A stretch of 32,000 nt of DNA from Akkermansia muciniphila ATCC BAA-835 (GCF_000020225.1 NC_010655.1:1800001-1832000), one strand, 5' to 3'. Positions 17,510 to 25,959 are shown, numbered from the stretch's first letter. Program-made: numbers and translations. Notes: generated by a model not told the origin, from the sequence alone.

Positions 17510-18112
17510 ATGTACGGACTGCCCATCACTACGGAACGCAAGAAGCAATTGCCGAAAAAGGCCGTATATGCGAAGTTCGACCTGAAGCCCTCGCAGCGCG
17601 ACGGCTTCGATGCCGATGTGAGCCGCATGGATATTGTGGCGGTCTTGTCTCCGGCAACATTGCCGGCCATTGCGGCGGGAGAAAACATCAAGGACATCTA
17701 TATGCTTGCCGTGCAGCTGAAGCGGAAGGATTACGATAGCAAGAGCATCGCCCTGTTATCCCGGCTCATTCCGCAGAATATCCTGTTTGCCTTGCAGTTT
17801 GAGGCGGACACGCAATTCGCCGTTTATCATGCCGACAGGCTTATCCGTTCCGCATGGATGCCGACAGGGGAAGCGAAGATTGCGTTTTCGGGATTGAATC
17901 TGGATGCCGTTTGGGAGAATATCGTGAAGAGCATCGGCGGCATTGAGATGGAACAGGGCAAGACTCTTACACAGCAGATACAAACCAATGAACAACGAGC
18001 GAAAACCCTTGCTCAGATTGCTGCTTTGGTGCGGAAGATGGCAAGTGAGAAACAGCCTCGGCGCAAACGGGAGTATTTTGAAATAATCAAAAAACTAAAA
18101 TCAAACCTATAA
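17510..18112 (+). CDS. DUF4391-like protein of unknown function
   Basis: 200 aa starting at ATG 17510, 2 nt after the SNF2 stop (the track uses GTG 17504). The sequence (MYGLPITTERKKQLPKKAVYAKF .. VSRMDIVAVLSPATL .. LLSRLIPQNILFALQFE) matches my memory of the DUF4391 family, which typically sits between a helicase and a methylase. I could not verify this. Confidence 0.65.
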   Translation: MYGLPITTERKKQLPKKAVYAKFDLKPSQRDGFDADVSRMDIVAVLSPATLPAIAAGENIKDIYMLAVQLKRKDYDSKSIALLSRLIPQNILFALQFEADTQFAVYHADRLIRSAWMPTGEAKIAFSGLNLDAVWENIVKSIGGIEMEQGKTLTQQIQTNEQRAKTLAQIAALVRKMASEKQPRRKREYFEIIKKLKSNL

Positions 18113-20011
18113 ATGGACAAATTGAAAATGCAGAGCCACGATGTGACAAGCTCCAACATAAATAAGATAGCGCGATTGTTCCCGAACTGCGTTACGGAAC
18201 GGTTAGGTAAGAACGGCAAGCCGGAACTGGCTATCGACTTTGAAAAATTGGAAGCGGAGTTATCCAACGATATTCTTGCAGAAGGGGAGGAACGCTATCA
18301 GTTCACTTGGCCGGACAAGCGGGCGGCAAACCGTTTGGCGAACACTCCCACGACAATGACGCTCCGCCCGTGTCGGGAGGAATCGGTGGATTTTGACAAC
18401 ACGCAGAATCTTTATATCGAGGGTGACAACCTTGATGTGCTGAAGGTGTTGCGTGAGACATACCTCGGCAAAGTGAAGATGATTTATATTGACCCGCCTT
18501 ACAACACGGGCAACGACTTTGTGTACAATGACGAGTTTGCACAAGGCAAGTCGGAGTTTGAGCAAAACAGCGGCTTGTTCGATGAAGAGGGGAATCAGAC
18601 GATTGACCCGATGTTGCGGAATACGGAAAGCAACGGGCGTTTTCATACGGATTGGCTGAATATGATATATCCGAGGCTGAAGGTGGCCCGCGACTTGCTC
18701 TCTGAAGACGGCGTGATTTTCATTTCCATTGATAATAATGAAATCGAAAACCTCCGAAAAATATGCGACGAGATCTTCAGCGAATCTAATTGCATATGTC
18801 AATTTGTTTGGAAAAACAAGTATGGAGCAGGAGGGGGCACAAATTCTGTGGCTTATGTTCACGAATATATATTAGCATATTCAAAAACTCCAATAGTGAG
18901 TATAAGTTCAGACTTATCAGAAGACTTAATATCAAGCTATAATAAAACTGATGAAAAGTATAGTACCAGAGGAGGGTACGTTACGCAACCTTTGGCAAGC
19001 ACAAGTAAGGGTGCAAGAGTAAATTTAATGTACGATATTTTACATGAAGGCAATATAATCAAGCCTCCAAAGGGAGGTAGATGGATTTGGAGTAAAGATA
19101 AATTTGACGCTGCTTATGCAAATAATGAAATCGTGATTTCAAAAAATTCAAGTGGATATAGTGTACGTTTCAAACAATATCTTAGAGATAAAAACGGAAA
19201 AATGCGTAAAGGTACACCGTTATCTCTAATTGCATCTGTCTTCAATCAAGAGGGTACAAAAGAATTTGCAGAGCTTATGGGGGATAAACGTATCTTTGAT
19301 TTTCCAAAGCCTTCTGATTTAATAAAATTTTTATTAAGTCTAAATATAAATGGCGGAACTACAGATTTTACTATTATAGACTTCTTTAGCGGTAGTTCAT
19401 CGACCGCCCATGCTGTGATGAAACTCAATGCCGAGGACGGCGGCAATCGCAAATTCATCATGGTGCAGCTTCCCGAATTGACCGATGAGAAGAGCGAAGC
19501 CTATAAAGCCGGATATAAGAATATCTGTGAGATAGGCAAAGAACGCATCCGCCGTGCCGGAAAAAAAATCAAGGAAGAGAATGCCGACAAGGAAGGCATC
19601 GATAAGCTCGACACCGGTTTCCGCGTGCTGAAACTCGACAGCAGCAATATGGAAAATGTCTATTACACTCCGCAAGAGTTTGACGAGCAATCCTTGTTCA
19701 ATGAGAATGTGAAGCCCGACCGCAGCAGCGAAGATTTGCTGTTCCAAGTGATGCTCGACCTCGGCATTGAACTCTCGGCAAAGATTGAGACGCGGCAAAT
19801 GGCAGGAAAGAACGTGCATTTTGTGGACGGGAACTATCTGATAGCCTGTTTCGACAAGGACGTGAATGAATCCGCCATTACGGAAATCGCCAGACTGAAG
19901 CCGGTATATTTCGTGATGCGCGACGCTTCGGCAGCCAACGACAACGTGATAGACAATTTCGAGCAGATATTCCGCCACTACTCGCCCGACACGAATTGCA
20001 GAATACTGTAG
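18113..20011 (+). CDS. mod: beta-class N6-adenine DNA methyltransferase, Type III Mod-like
   Basis: Motif IV IYIDPPYNTGNDF (DPPY at nt 18491-18502) precedes motif I DFFSGSSSTAHAV (about nt 19379-19417), with a ~200-aa variable region between them. That is the Type III Mod order. The ATG directly abuts the upstream TAA. Confidence 0.9.
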   Translation: MDKLKMQSHDVTSSNINKIARLFPNCVTERLGKNGKPELAIDFEKLEAELSNDILAEGEERYQFTWPDKRAANRLANTPTTMTLRPCREESVDFDNTQNLYIEGDNLDVLKVLRETYLGKVKMIYIDPPYNTGNDFVYNDEFAQGKSEFEQNSGLFDEEGNQTIDPMLRNTESNGRFHTDWLNMIYPRLKVARDLLSEDGVIFISIDNNEIENLRKICDEIFSESNCICQFVWKNKYGAGGGTNSVAYVHEYILAYSKTPIVSISSDLSEDLISSYNKTDEKYSTRGGYVTQPLASTSKGARVNLMYDILHEGNIIKPPKGGRWIWSKDKFDAAYANNEIVISKNSSGYSVRFKQYLRDKNGKMRKGTPLSLIASVFNQEGTKEFAELMGDKRIFDFPKPSDLIKFLLSLNINGGTTDFTIIDFFSGSSSTAHAVMKLNAEDGGNRKFIMVQLPELTDEKSEAYKAGYKNICEIGKERIRRAGKKIKEENADKEGIDKLDTGFRVLKLDSSNMENVYYTPQEFDEQSLFNENVKPDRSSEDLLFQVMLDLGIELSAKIETRQMAGKNVHFVDGNYLIACFDKDVNESAITEIARLKPVYFVMRDASAANDNVIDNFEQIFRHYSPDTNCRIL

Positions 20012-20013
20012 TC

Positions 20014-23000
20014 ATGAAATTCAAGTTTAAGATACAACAATATCAGACGGAGGCGGTGGAGAATACCGTGGCTGTCTTCACGGGGCAGCCCTCGTACGCC
20101 ATAGAGGGATATCGCCTCGACCGCGGACGGCAGGCACAACGACAGTTGGATTTCGATGATGAAACAGGATACAGGAACCACTGCGTGGAACTGGATGGGA
20201 AAGCCCTGTTGAAAAACATCAATACCATTCAGAATCTGTATGACATCACGCCGTCTTCTTCCCTTTCAAAGGGTATCGGTGCGGTGAATCTCGACATAGA
20301 GATGGAGACCGGAACGGGAAAGACATACGTCTATATCAAGACGATGTTTGAGCTGAATAAACAGTACGGCTGGAGCAAATTCATCGTGGTGGTGCCGAGC
20401 ATCGCCATCCGTGAGGGCGTGGCAAAGAGTTTCCGCATGTTGGAGGAGCACTTCATGGAACACTACGGCAAGAAAGCGCGGTGGTTCATTTACAACAGCG
20501 GCAACCTGCAACAACTCGACAGTTTTTCATCTGATTCCGGGTTGAGCGTGATGATTATCAACACGCAGGCTTTCGCCTCCTCGATGAAGGAGGGCGGCAG
20601 AAGCAAGGAGAGCAGGATTATTTACTCCGAGCGTGATGAGTTCGGCAGCCGCCGTCCCATAGACGTGATTGCCGCCAACCGTCCCATCATTATCATGGAC
20701 GAACCGCAGAAGATGGAGGGCGATGCCACGCAGGCGGGCATCAAACGCTTCAACCCACTGTTCGTGCTGAACTATTCGGCTACGCACACGACCAGGCACG
20801 ATACCATCTATGCGCTGGATGCTTTGGACGCTTACCGGCAGAAGCTGGTGAAGCGCATTCATGTGAAAGGTTTTGAAGTGAAGAACCTCCGGGGAACGAG
20901 CGGGTATCTCTATCTCGACAACATCGTGTTGTCGCCCAAACGTCCGCCGGAAGCGCGCATTGAGCTGGAGGTGAAGAATGCTTCAGGCAGCATCGTCAGG
21001 AAGATAAAAACATTCGGCGTGGGCGACAACCTGCGCGAAGAGTCCGGGCTGGCCGAGTACGACAACTTTGTGGTGTCGGAAATCAACATGAACGGCTATG
21101 TGACCTTTCTCAACGGCGTGACCATACGCAGGGGCGAGGTGATAGGCGACCCGGATGAGCTGGACATGCAGCGGGTGCAAATCCGGGAGACCATCATGTC
21201 GCACTTGGAGAAAGAACGCCAGCTTTTCAAGCGGGGCATCAAGTGCCTGTCCCTCTTTTTCATCGACGAGGTGGCGAAGTACAAGAGCTACGATGAGAAC
21301 GGGGAGGAAGTGAAAGGCGTGTTCCAGAAAATGTTCGAGGAGGAATATGCGAGGTTGGTGAATGAGGAGTTCTACATCTGGGATGAGGACTACAACGAAT
21401 ACCTCCGCCGTTTCCTGCCCCAGGACGTGCATCGGGGTTATTTCTCCATAGACAAAAAGACTAACCGGGTGATTGACGGCAAGGTGGAAAAGAAGACGGG
21501 ACTGTCAGACGACATTTCCGCTTACGACCTTATCCTGAAGAACAAGGAACGCCTGCTGAGCTTTGAGGAGCCGACACGCTTCATCTTCTCGCACTCGGCA
21601 CTGCGTGAGGGGTGGGACAATCCCAATGTATTTCAGATTTGCACGCTGCGCCATTCCAACTCCTCCACCGCCAAACGTCAGGAGGTAGGGCGCGGTTTGC
21701 GTATCTGCGTGGACAGGAACGGCGTGCGCATGGACAAGGAACTGCTGGGGGAAGACGTGCATGAGGTGAACAAACTGACCGTGATAGCCAACGAGAGCTA
21801 TGCGGATTTTACCACAGCCCTGCAAAAGGAGACACGGGAAGTGTTGCGTGAGCGCGCAGCCAAGGCAACGGTCGCCTATTTTCAAGACAGGCAGATTAAG
21901 ATTGGGGAGGAAATACATACCATTACCGAAACGGAAGCCAGCCGCATCATCATCTATCTGGAAGACAACGGCTATATTGACGAGGACAAGCACATCACGC
22001 CGGATTACCGTGAGGCCGTGGCAAACGGCACGGTGGCTCCATTGCCGCCCAGGCTGCAACCGATAGCTGAGGGGGTAGTCCGTCTGATAAACTCCATCTT
22101 CGACCCGAAGGCACTCGACGACATGGTGGTGGAGGAGAAGACAACCACGCCGGACAACAAACTTAACGAAAACTTCCAAAAAGCCGAATTCCAAGCTTTG
22201 TGGAACGAGATAAACCACCAGTATGTTTATACGGTAAGCTACGACAGCAACGAGCTGATAGAAAAAGCCATCCTGCACATCAATTCCGAACTGGAGGTAA
22301 AGCGGCTCCGCTATGTGATGGTGGAGGGAACGCAGGATGAGGAGCAGGTAACTGACTTCGGAGACACCCGTTCCCAATCCAGGCAACTGACCGATGTCTG
22401 CACTTCCACCGTCCGCTACGACCTTGTGGGCGACATAGCCAAAGGCGCCAATCTCACCCGCCGCACAGTGGTGAAGATACTGCAAGGCATCCAGACGAGC
22501 AAGCTTTACCTGTTCAAGAACAACCCCGAGGAGTTTATCCGCAAGGCTGTAAGCATCATCAAGGAGCAGAAGGCCACGATGATTGTGGAGGCCATCCGCT
22601 ACAACATGACGGAAGGCAAATACGACAGCAGCATCTTCACCGTGAAGAGCAGAATGGATTTTGACCGGGCATACGAGGCGAAGAAGCATATCACCGATTA
22701 TGTGTTCAGCGACAGCAAGGGGGAACGCCAATTCGCCCATGACCTTGACGAGGCCCATGAAGTGGTGGTCTATGCCAAACTGCCCCGTACTTTCCAAATA
22801 CCCACTCCGGTAGGCAACTATGCCCCCGACTGGGCTATCGCTATGACGAAAGACGGAGTGAAACACATCTTTTTCATTGCCGAGACCAAAGGCTCCATGT
22901 CATCAATGGATTTGAGTGCCATCGAAAAGGCAAAAATCGCATGTGCGGAGAAGTTGTTCAACTCTATCTCAACGGCAAATGTGAAGTATCACAAAGTGGC

Positions 23001-23040
23001 TACCTATCAGGATTTGATTGATGAGATGAACGCGGGGTAA
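20014..23040 (+). CDS. res: Type III restriction enzyme Res-like subunit (SF2 helicase plus C-terminal PD-(D/E)xK nuclease)
   Basis: Walker A is IEMETGTGKT, motif II is IIIMDEPQKM, and a motif VI-like QEVGRGLRI is present. The C-terminal YAPDWAI ... FIAETKG carries D at nt 22828-22830 and E-x-K at 22882-22890. ATG 20014 lies 2 nt after the mod stop, whereas the track start 19996 overlaps mod. Confidence 0.9.
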   Translation: MKFKFKIQQYQTEAVENTVAVFTGQPSYAIEGYRLDRGRQAQRQLDFDDETGYRNHCVELDGKALLKNINTIQNLYDITPSSSLSKGIGAVNLDIEMETGTGKTYVYIKTMFELNKQYGWSKFIVVVPSIAIREGVAKSFRMLEEHFMEHYGKKARWFIYNSGNLQQLDSFSSDSGLSVMIINTQAFASSMKEGGRSKESRIIYSERDEFGSRRPIDVIAANRPIIIMDEPQKMEGDATQAGIKRFNPLFVLNYSATHTTRHDTIYALDALDAYRQKLVKRIHVKGFEVKNLRGTSGYLYLDNIVLSPKRPPEARIELEVKNASGSIVRKIKTFGVGDNLREESGLAEYDNFVVSEINMNGYVTFLNGVTIRRGEVIGDPDELDMQRVQIRETIMSHLEKERQLFKRGIKCLSLFFIDEVAKYKSYDENGEEVKGVFQKMFEEEYARLVNEEFYIWDEDYNEYLRRFLPQDVHRGYFSIDKKTNRVIDGKVEKKTGLSDDISAYDLILKNKERLLSFEEPTRFIFSHSALREGWDNPNVFQICTLRHSNSSTAKRQEVGRGLRICVDRNGVRMDKELLGEDVHEVNKLTVIANESYADFTTALQKETREVLRERAAKATVAYFQDRQIKIGEEIHTITETEASRIIIYLEDNGYIDEDKHITPDYREAVANGTVAPLPPRLQPIAEGVVRLINSIFDPKALDDMVVEEKTTTPDNKLNENFQKAEFQALWNEINHQYVYTVSYDSNELIEKAILHINSELEVKRLRYVMVEGTQDEEQVTDFGDTRSQSRQLTDVCTSTVRYDLVGDIAKGANLTRRTVVKILQGIQTSKLYLFKNNPEEFIRKAVSIIKEQKATMIVEAIRYNMTEGKYDSSIFTVKSRMDFDRAYEAKKHITDYVFSDSKGERQFAHDLDEAHEVVVYAKLPRTFQIPTPVGNYAPDWAIAMTKDGVKHIFFIAETKGSMSSMDLSAIEKAKIACAEKLFNSISTANVKYHKVATYQDLIDEMNAG

Positions 23041-23050
23041 AAAAGAACCT

Positions 23051-23061
23051 TTTTAACTTTG
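23051..23061 (+). repeat. right copy of the 11-nt direct repeat TTTTAACTTTG
   Basis: Identical to 14223-14233. It begins 10 nt after the res stop codon. Confidence 0.6.
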
Positions 23062-23341
23062 TTTTTGGGACTCTTTTTTATGAGCCGGATTTTATCCCAG
23101 GCCGGTTTGACCCTATCTTGCTTGAGGTGTACCCATTGGGTCAGCCGGATGTTTTCTCTTACGGACGAATGGCCTGGGAGAGGATTACCGGATGGCAATG
23201 AGTTTTATTTGGCCAGGAACATATCAGGCATTCCAGTTCCTCAAAAAATGATTGCCGTGTCCGTCTGAAACGGGTAGCATGCCAAAAATCGTTGTTCAAT
23301 CCTGCATCATCTGTATGAGATATTTTTCCAAGCATTCCGGA

Positions 23342-24025
23342 ATGGCTCCGCGCTGTTCCTCGCCGGGGAGCAAGGGGTTTACCCTGGTGGAATTGATTGT
23401 CGTTATCACCATTATGGTTGCCATGATGGCCTTGGCCGCCAGCATGTTGAGGGGCGGGGGCAGGGGGCAGGGGCTTCAGGCCGCCGTTGAAATGGTGGAC
23501 GGCATGGTGCAGGAGGCGCGGCTGGATGCCATGGGCAAAGGAACGTGGAGCCGCCTGATTATTGTGAGCACTCCCGATGACGAAGCCCGCAATATGCGCA
23601 CTTTGGGCGTGATGTCCAAAAATACCCGCACCGGGAAATGGCATCTGGTGAACCGTTTGCAGACTCTCCCCGCCGGTTTTTACGTCAGTCCGGCCTACAG
23701 CACCCTTCTGGAAGGCTCGAAGAAAGCCAGAGGCGAGAAATCCACGGCCCGCGGTTTTGCCAGCCGTGACGGGCAGGATACCGTCAACCTTCCCGGCAAC
23801 AGAATGACGGATATTTACTTCATTGAATTTGACGAGGAAGGCCGCATGTCCCAGCCGAACGCCCCCACCCGCCTGGTGGTGGTTGCCGGTTCCGCCGGAA
23901 ACGGCAAGGAGGAGAGGCCGACCCCGATGGTGGACGGCAAACCGGGCCTGGCAGGCGGCATTGTGATTTATCCCAAAGGCAATATCAGCCGTCTGAGGAC
24001 GACGGAGCAGGTGATTCCCAATTAG
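23342..24025 (+). CDS. prepilin-type N-terminal cleavage/methylation domain protein, GspH/FimT-like pseudopilin
   Basis: Leader ..SPGSKG followed by FTLVELIVVITIMVAMMALAASML, then a GspH-like AVEMVDGMVQEARLDAM. The start is uncertain: the track gives 23252, and I chose ATG 23342 because it gives a short leader. Confidence 0.75.
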   Translation: MAPRCSSPGSKGFTLVELIVVITIMVAMMALAASMLRGGGRGQGLQAAVEMVDGMVQEARLDAMGKGTWSRLIIVSTPDDEARNMRTLGVMSKNTRTGKWHLVNRLQTLPAGFYVSPAYSTLLEGSKKARGEKSTARGFASRDGQDTVNLPGNRMTDIYFIEFDEEGRMSQPNAPTRLVVVAGSAGNGKEERPTPMVDGKPGLAGGIVIYPKGNISRLRTTEQVIPN

Positions 24026-24031
24026 TTTCTG

Positions 24032-24040
24032 TGATATAAT
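24032..24040 (+). promoter_or_regulatory. extended -10 box TGATATAAT upstream of the second pseudopilin gene
   Basis: A perfect TGnTATAAT at 24032-24040, 18 nt before ATG 24058 and just after the stop of the first pseudopilin gene. No clear -35 element. Confidence 0.35.
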
Positions 24041-24057
24041 ACCGGATTTCCCATTTT

Positions 24058-24858
24058 ATGTTGACCAAGTGTATGAAACAGTCTCGTGCCAAGGGGTTCA
24101 CCCTGACGGAAGTGGTGCTTGCGATCGGCGTGGTGGCCGTGCTGATTGTAGTGTTCATGGCCATGTTTATTCCTGCCAGAAGGACGGTTCAGTCCGCCCT
24201 GACTATTCGTGAAGCGGACCGCATCGTCCACGCCCTGACGGCGGAACTTGGAGAACTCCGCAATTCCGAGCGTGCCGCGTCCAACGCCAGAAAGTCTTCC
24301 TCCTCCAGATATGTTTCCGCTTTTGACAAGGCGTTTTACTGGATGCAGTTCACGTCCAGGCCCGCTACGACCATTCTTGTTTACAATTACAGGGCGGATT
24401 TGACCAAGGGGGCCCGCAAAGACGGAACTCCCCAGCCCTGGCTGGAGGATGGCGGAAGCATTCCCGGCAAAAATACTGCGGTGGTGACAGGGGTCTGCCT
24501 GGCGAACAACAAAGAGCGTTGGGATGATTTCAAGGCCCTTGTCGGTCCCGTCTTCGCCGTGCGCATGACCCAGCTGGTAGTGGAGCGCATGGATTCAAGC
24601 TCCTACGGGTACAAGCTGGCTCCCAAGTACGGGACGATTTATAATCCTTACAACCGCGGCAAGGTGATTAAGGAACCTTCCCTGTATGTTTATACGCCGG
24701 AGAAAGGCGGCGGCCTGAATTTGCCGTGGGGGGCGGAAGTCCTGTACCAGGCGGAGTTCTTCCAGCTGTTGAATACGGACCCCGAGCGTTTACAACATCT
24801 GACGTGGGAAAATTTAAAGACTCCCGTGTTTACGCGCAATCTCGCTTTCCGCCGTTAG
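24058..24858 (+). CDS. prepilin-type N-terminal cleavage/methylation domain protein (large pseudopilin)
   Basis: MKQSRAKG then FTLTEVVLAIGVVAVLIVVFMAMF. 266 aa, or 261 aa from ATG 24073. Confidence 0.8.
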   Translation: MLTKCMKQSRAKGFTLTEVVLAIGVVAVLIVVFMAMFIPARRTVQSALTIREADRIVHALTAELGELRNSERAASNARKSSSSRYVSAFDKAFYWMQFTSRPATTILVYNYRADLTKGARKDGTPQPWLEDGGSIPGKNTAVVTGVCLANNKERWDDFKALVGPVFAVRMTQLVVERMDSSSYGYKLAPKYGTIYNPYNRGKVIKEPSLYVYTPEKGGGLNLPWGAEVLYQAEFFQLLNTDPERLQHLTWENLKTPVFTRNLAFRR

Positions 24859-24888
24859 CGGGCATTATCTGAAGACCTCTGAAAAAAC

Positions 24889-25959
24889 ATGAAGACATTT
24901 GCCAAAATCAAATCCGGCGCGTTCACCCTGATTGAGCTCCTGGCAGCCATGACCATCACTACCGTGCTGGTTCTGGTAATTGTGGCCCTGACTTCCCGCG
25001 GGGTGGATATCTGGAGATGGGTGCTGCAGGATGTGCGGACCACGACGCTTGCCCGCACGGCCATGGATACCATGACCAAGGATTTTGAAAGCATGCAGTT
25101 CCGTTCCGGGAATCCCTTTGAGTGGATGCTGGTGCAGCGGGACAGCGATTTGGTTTCCCGTGCGGGAAAGACCAAGGTTTCCAGGAAAAAGGGCCGCTCC
25201 TCCTCCCTGAATGAAGCCCGCGTGAACCTGATGACCATGGGGCCGGAAGGCGCCAAAATCACGAATGCCTCCCAATTGGTTTTCTTTACCACGGCTACGG
25301 ACCGCAATCCGGCCAAGTCCAGTATGGACATGAGGAATGACCGCATCATCGGCGATGTGAATTGCGTGGGGTACAAGCTTCTTTACCGTGACCAGATTCT
25401 GGACCAGGACGCTACGGCGGAGTCTGACGGTTTTCCCGTTTATTCCCTGTACCGCAACTTAATCAGCGCGGAGGATACCGTGCGTAACCTTCTGGGCCAG
25501 CAGGATCTATGGTCCGCTTATGCACGGTACCAGCAGGATGAAACCGTCCCTTCCAACTTCCTGGTGGAGAATATTGTGGAAATGACGCTGATTTTTGAAG
25601 TGGATTACCAGAAGAAGATCGGCAATTCCGGCAGCAACAAATCGGACAAGGATGCCTCGCAAAGAGCATCCGTGCTGGTTCCGGTCATGACTACGGGCGC
25701 CAACCGTCTCGGCTCCTGCACCCAGATGGATGTGTATGGCAATCGCCTGGACATCATAGGCAGCAGCGTGAATATTGATGATTTGAAATCCGGCCGCGTT
25801 ACTGCCGTGACAATTTCCATGACGGTGGTGACGGATGAAGGCATGGCTCTTGTGGACCAGATCCGGCAGAAAAAGCGTCCCGCTCCTTCTCCTGAAGAAT
25901 TTTTCGAACGTTATACCCGGTCTTTCACCCAGAGGATTGCATTGCCGATGAACCGTTAG
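24889..25959 (+). CDS. prepilin-type N-terminal cleavage/methylation domain protein (GspJ/PilW-like, large)
   Basis: MKTFAKIKSGA then FTLIELLAAMTITTVLVLVIVAL. 356 aa. The residue at -1 is Ala rather than the usual Gly. Confidence 0.8.
   Translation: MKTFAKIKSGAFTLIELLAAMTITTVLVLVIVALTSRGVDIWRWVLQDVRTTTLARTAMDTMTKDFESMQFRSGNPFEWMLVQRDSDLVSRAGKTKVSRKKGRSSSLNEARVNLMTMGPEGAKITNASQLVFFTTATDRNPAKSSMDMRNDRIIGDVNCVGYKLLYRDQILDQDATAESDGFPVYSLYRNLISAEDTVRNLLGQQDLWSAYARYQQDETVPSNFLVENIVEMTLIFEVDYQKKIGNSGSNKSDKDASQRASVLVPVMTTGANRLGSCTQMDVYGNRLDIIGSSVNIDDLKSGRVTAVTISMTVVTDEGMALVDQIRQKKRPAPSPEEFFERYTRSFTQRIALPMNR

Noticed and set aside
19561-19568. A8 run inside mod as a possible phase-variation tract
   Set aside because: Type III mod genes are often phase-variable, but this run is short and lies in the 3' third of the gene. 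It simply encodes GKKIK, and no longer simple-sequence repeat is present in mod or res.
21505-22866. 453-aa ORF antisense to res
   Set aside because: It lies entirely inside the res gene on the opposite strand. It has no motifs and a low-complexity Val/Leu/His/Gly composition, while the res frame carries helicase and nuclease motifs.
23059-23268. 69-aa ORF (TTG start) right after res
   Set aside because: It has a non-ATG start, no ribosome-binding site, no motif and a Cys/Arg/Leu-rich composition. It is probably non-coding leader or promoter DNA for the pseudopilin genes.
13655-23341. Search for mobility genes or attachment sites (integrase, transposase, tRNA, long inverted repeats) around the island
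   Set aside because: None were found by eye. The island cannot be called an integrative element or transposon. Only the 11-nt direct repeat is reported.
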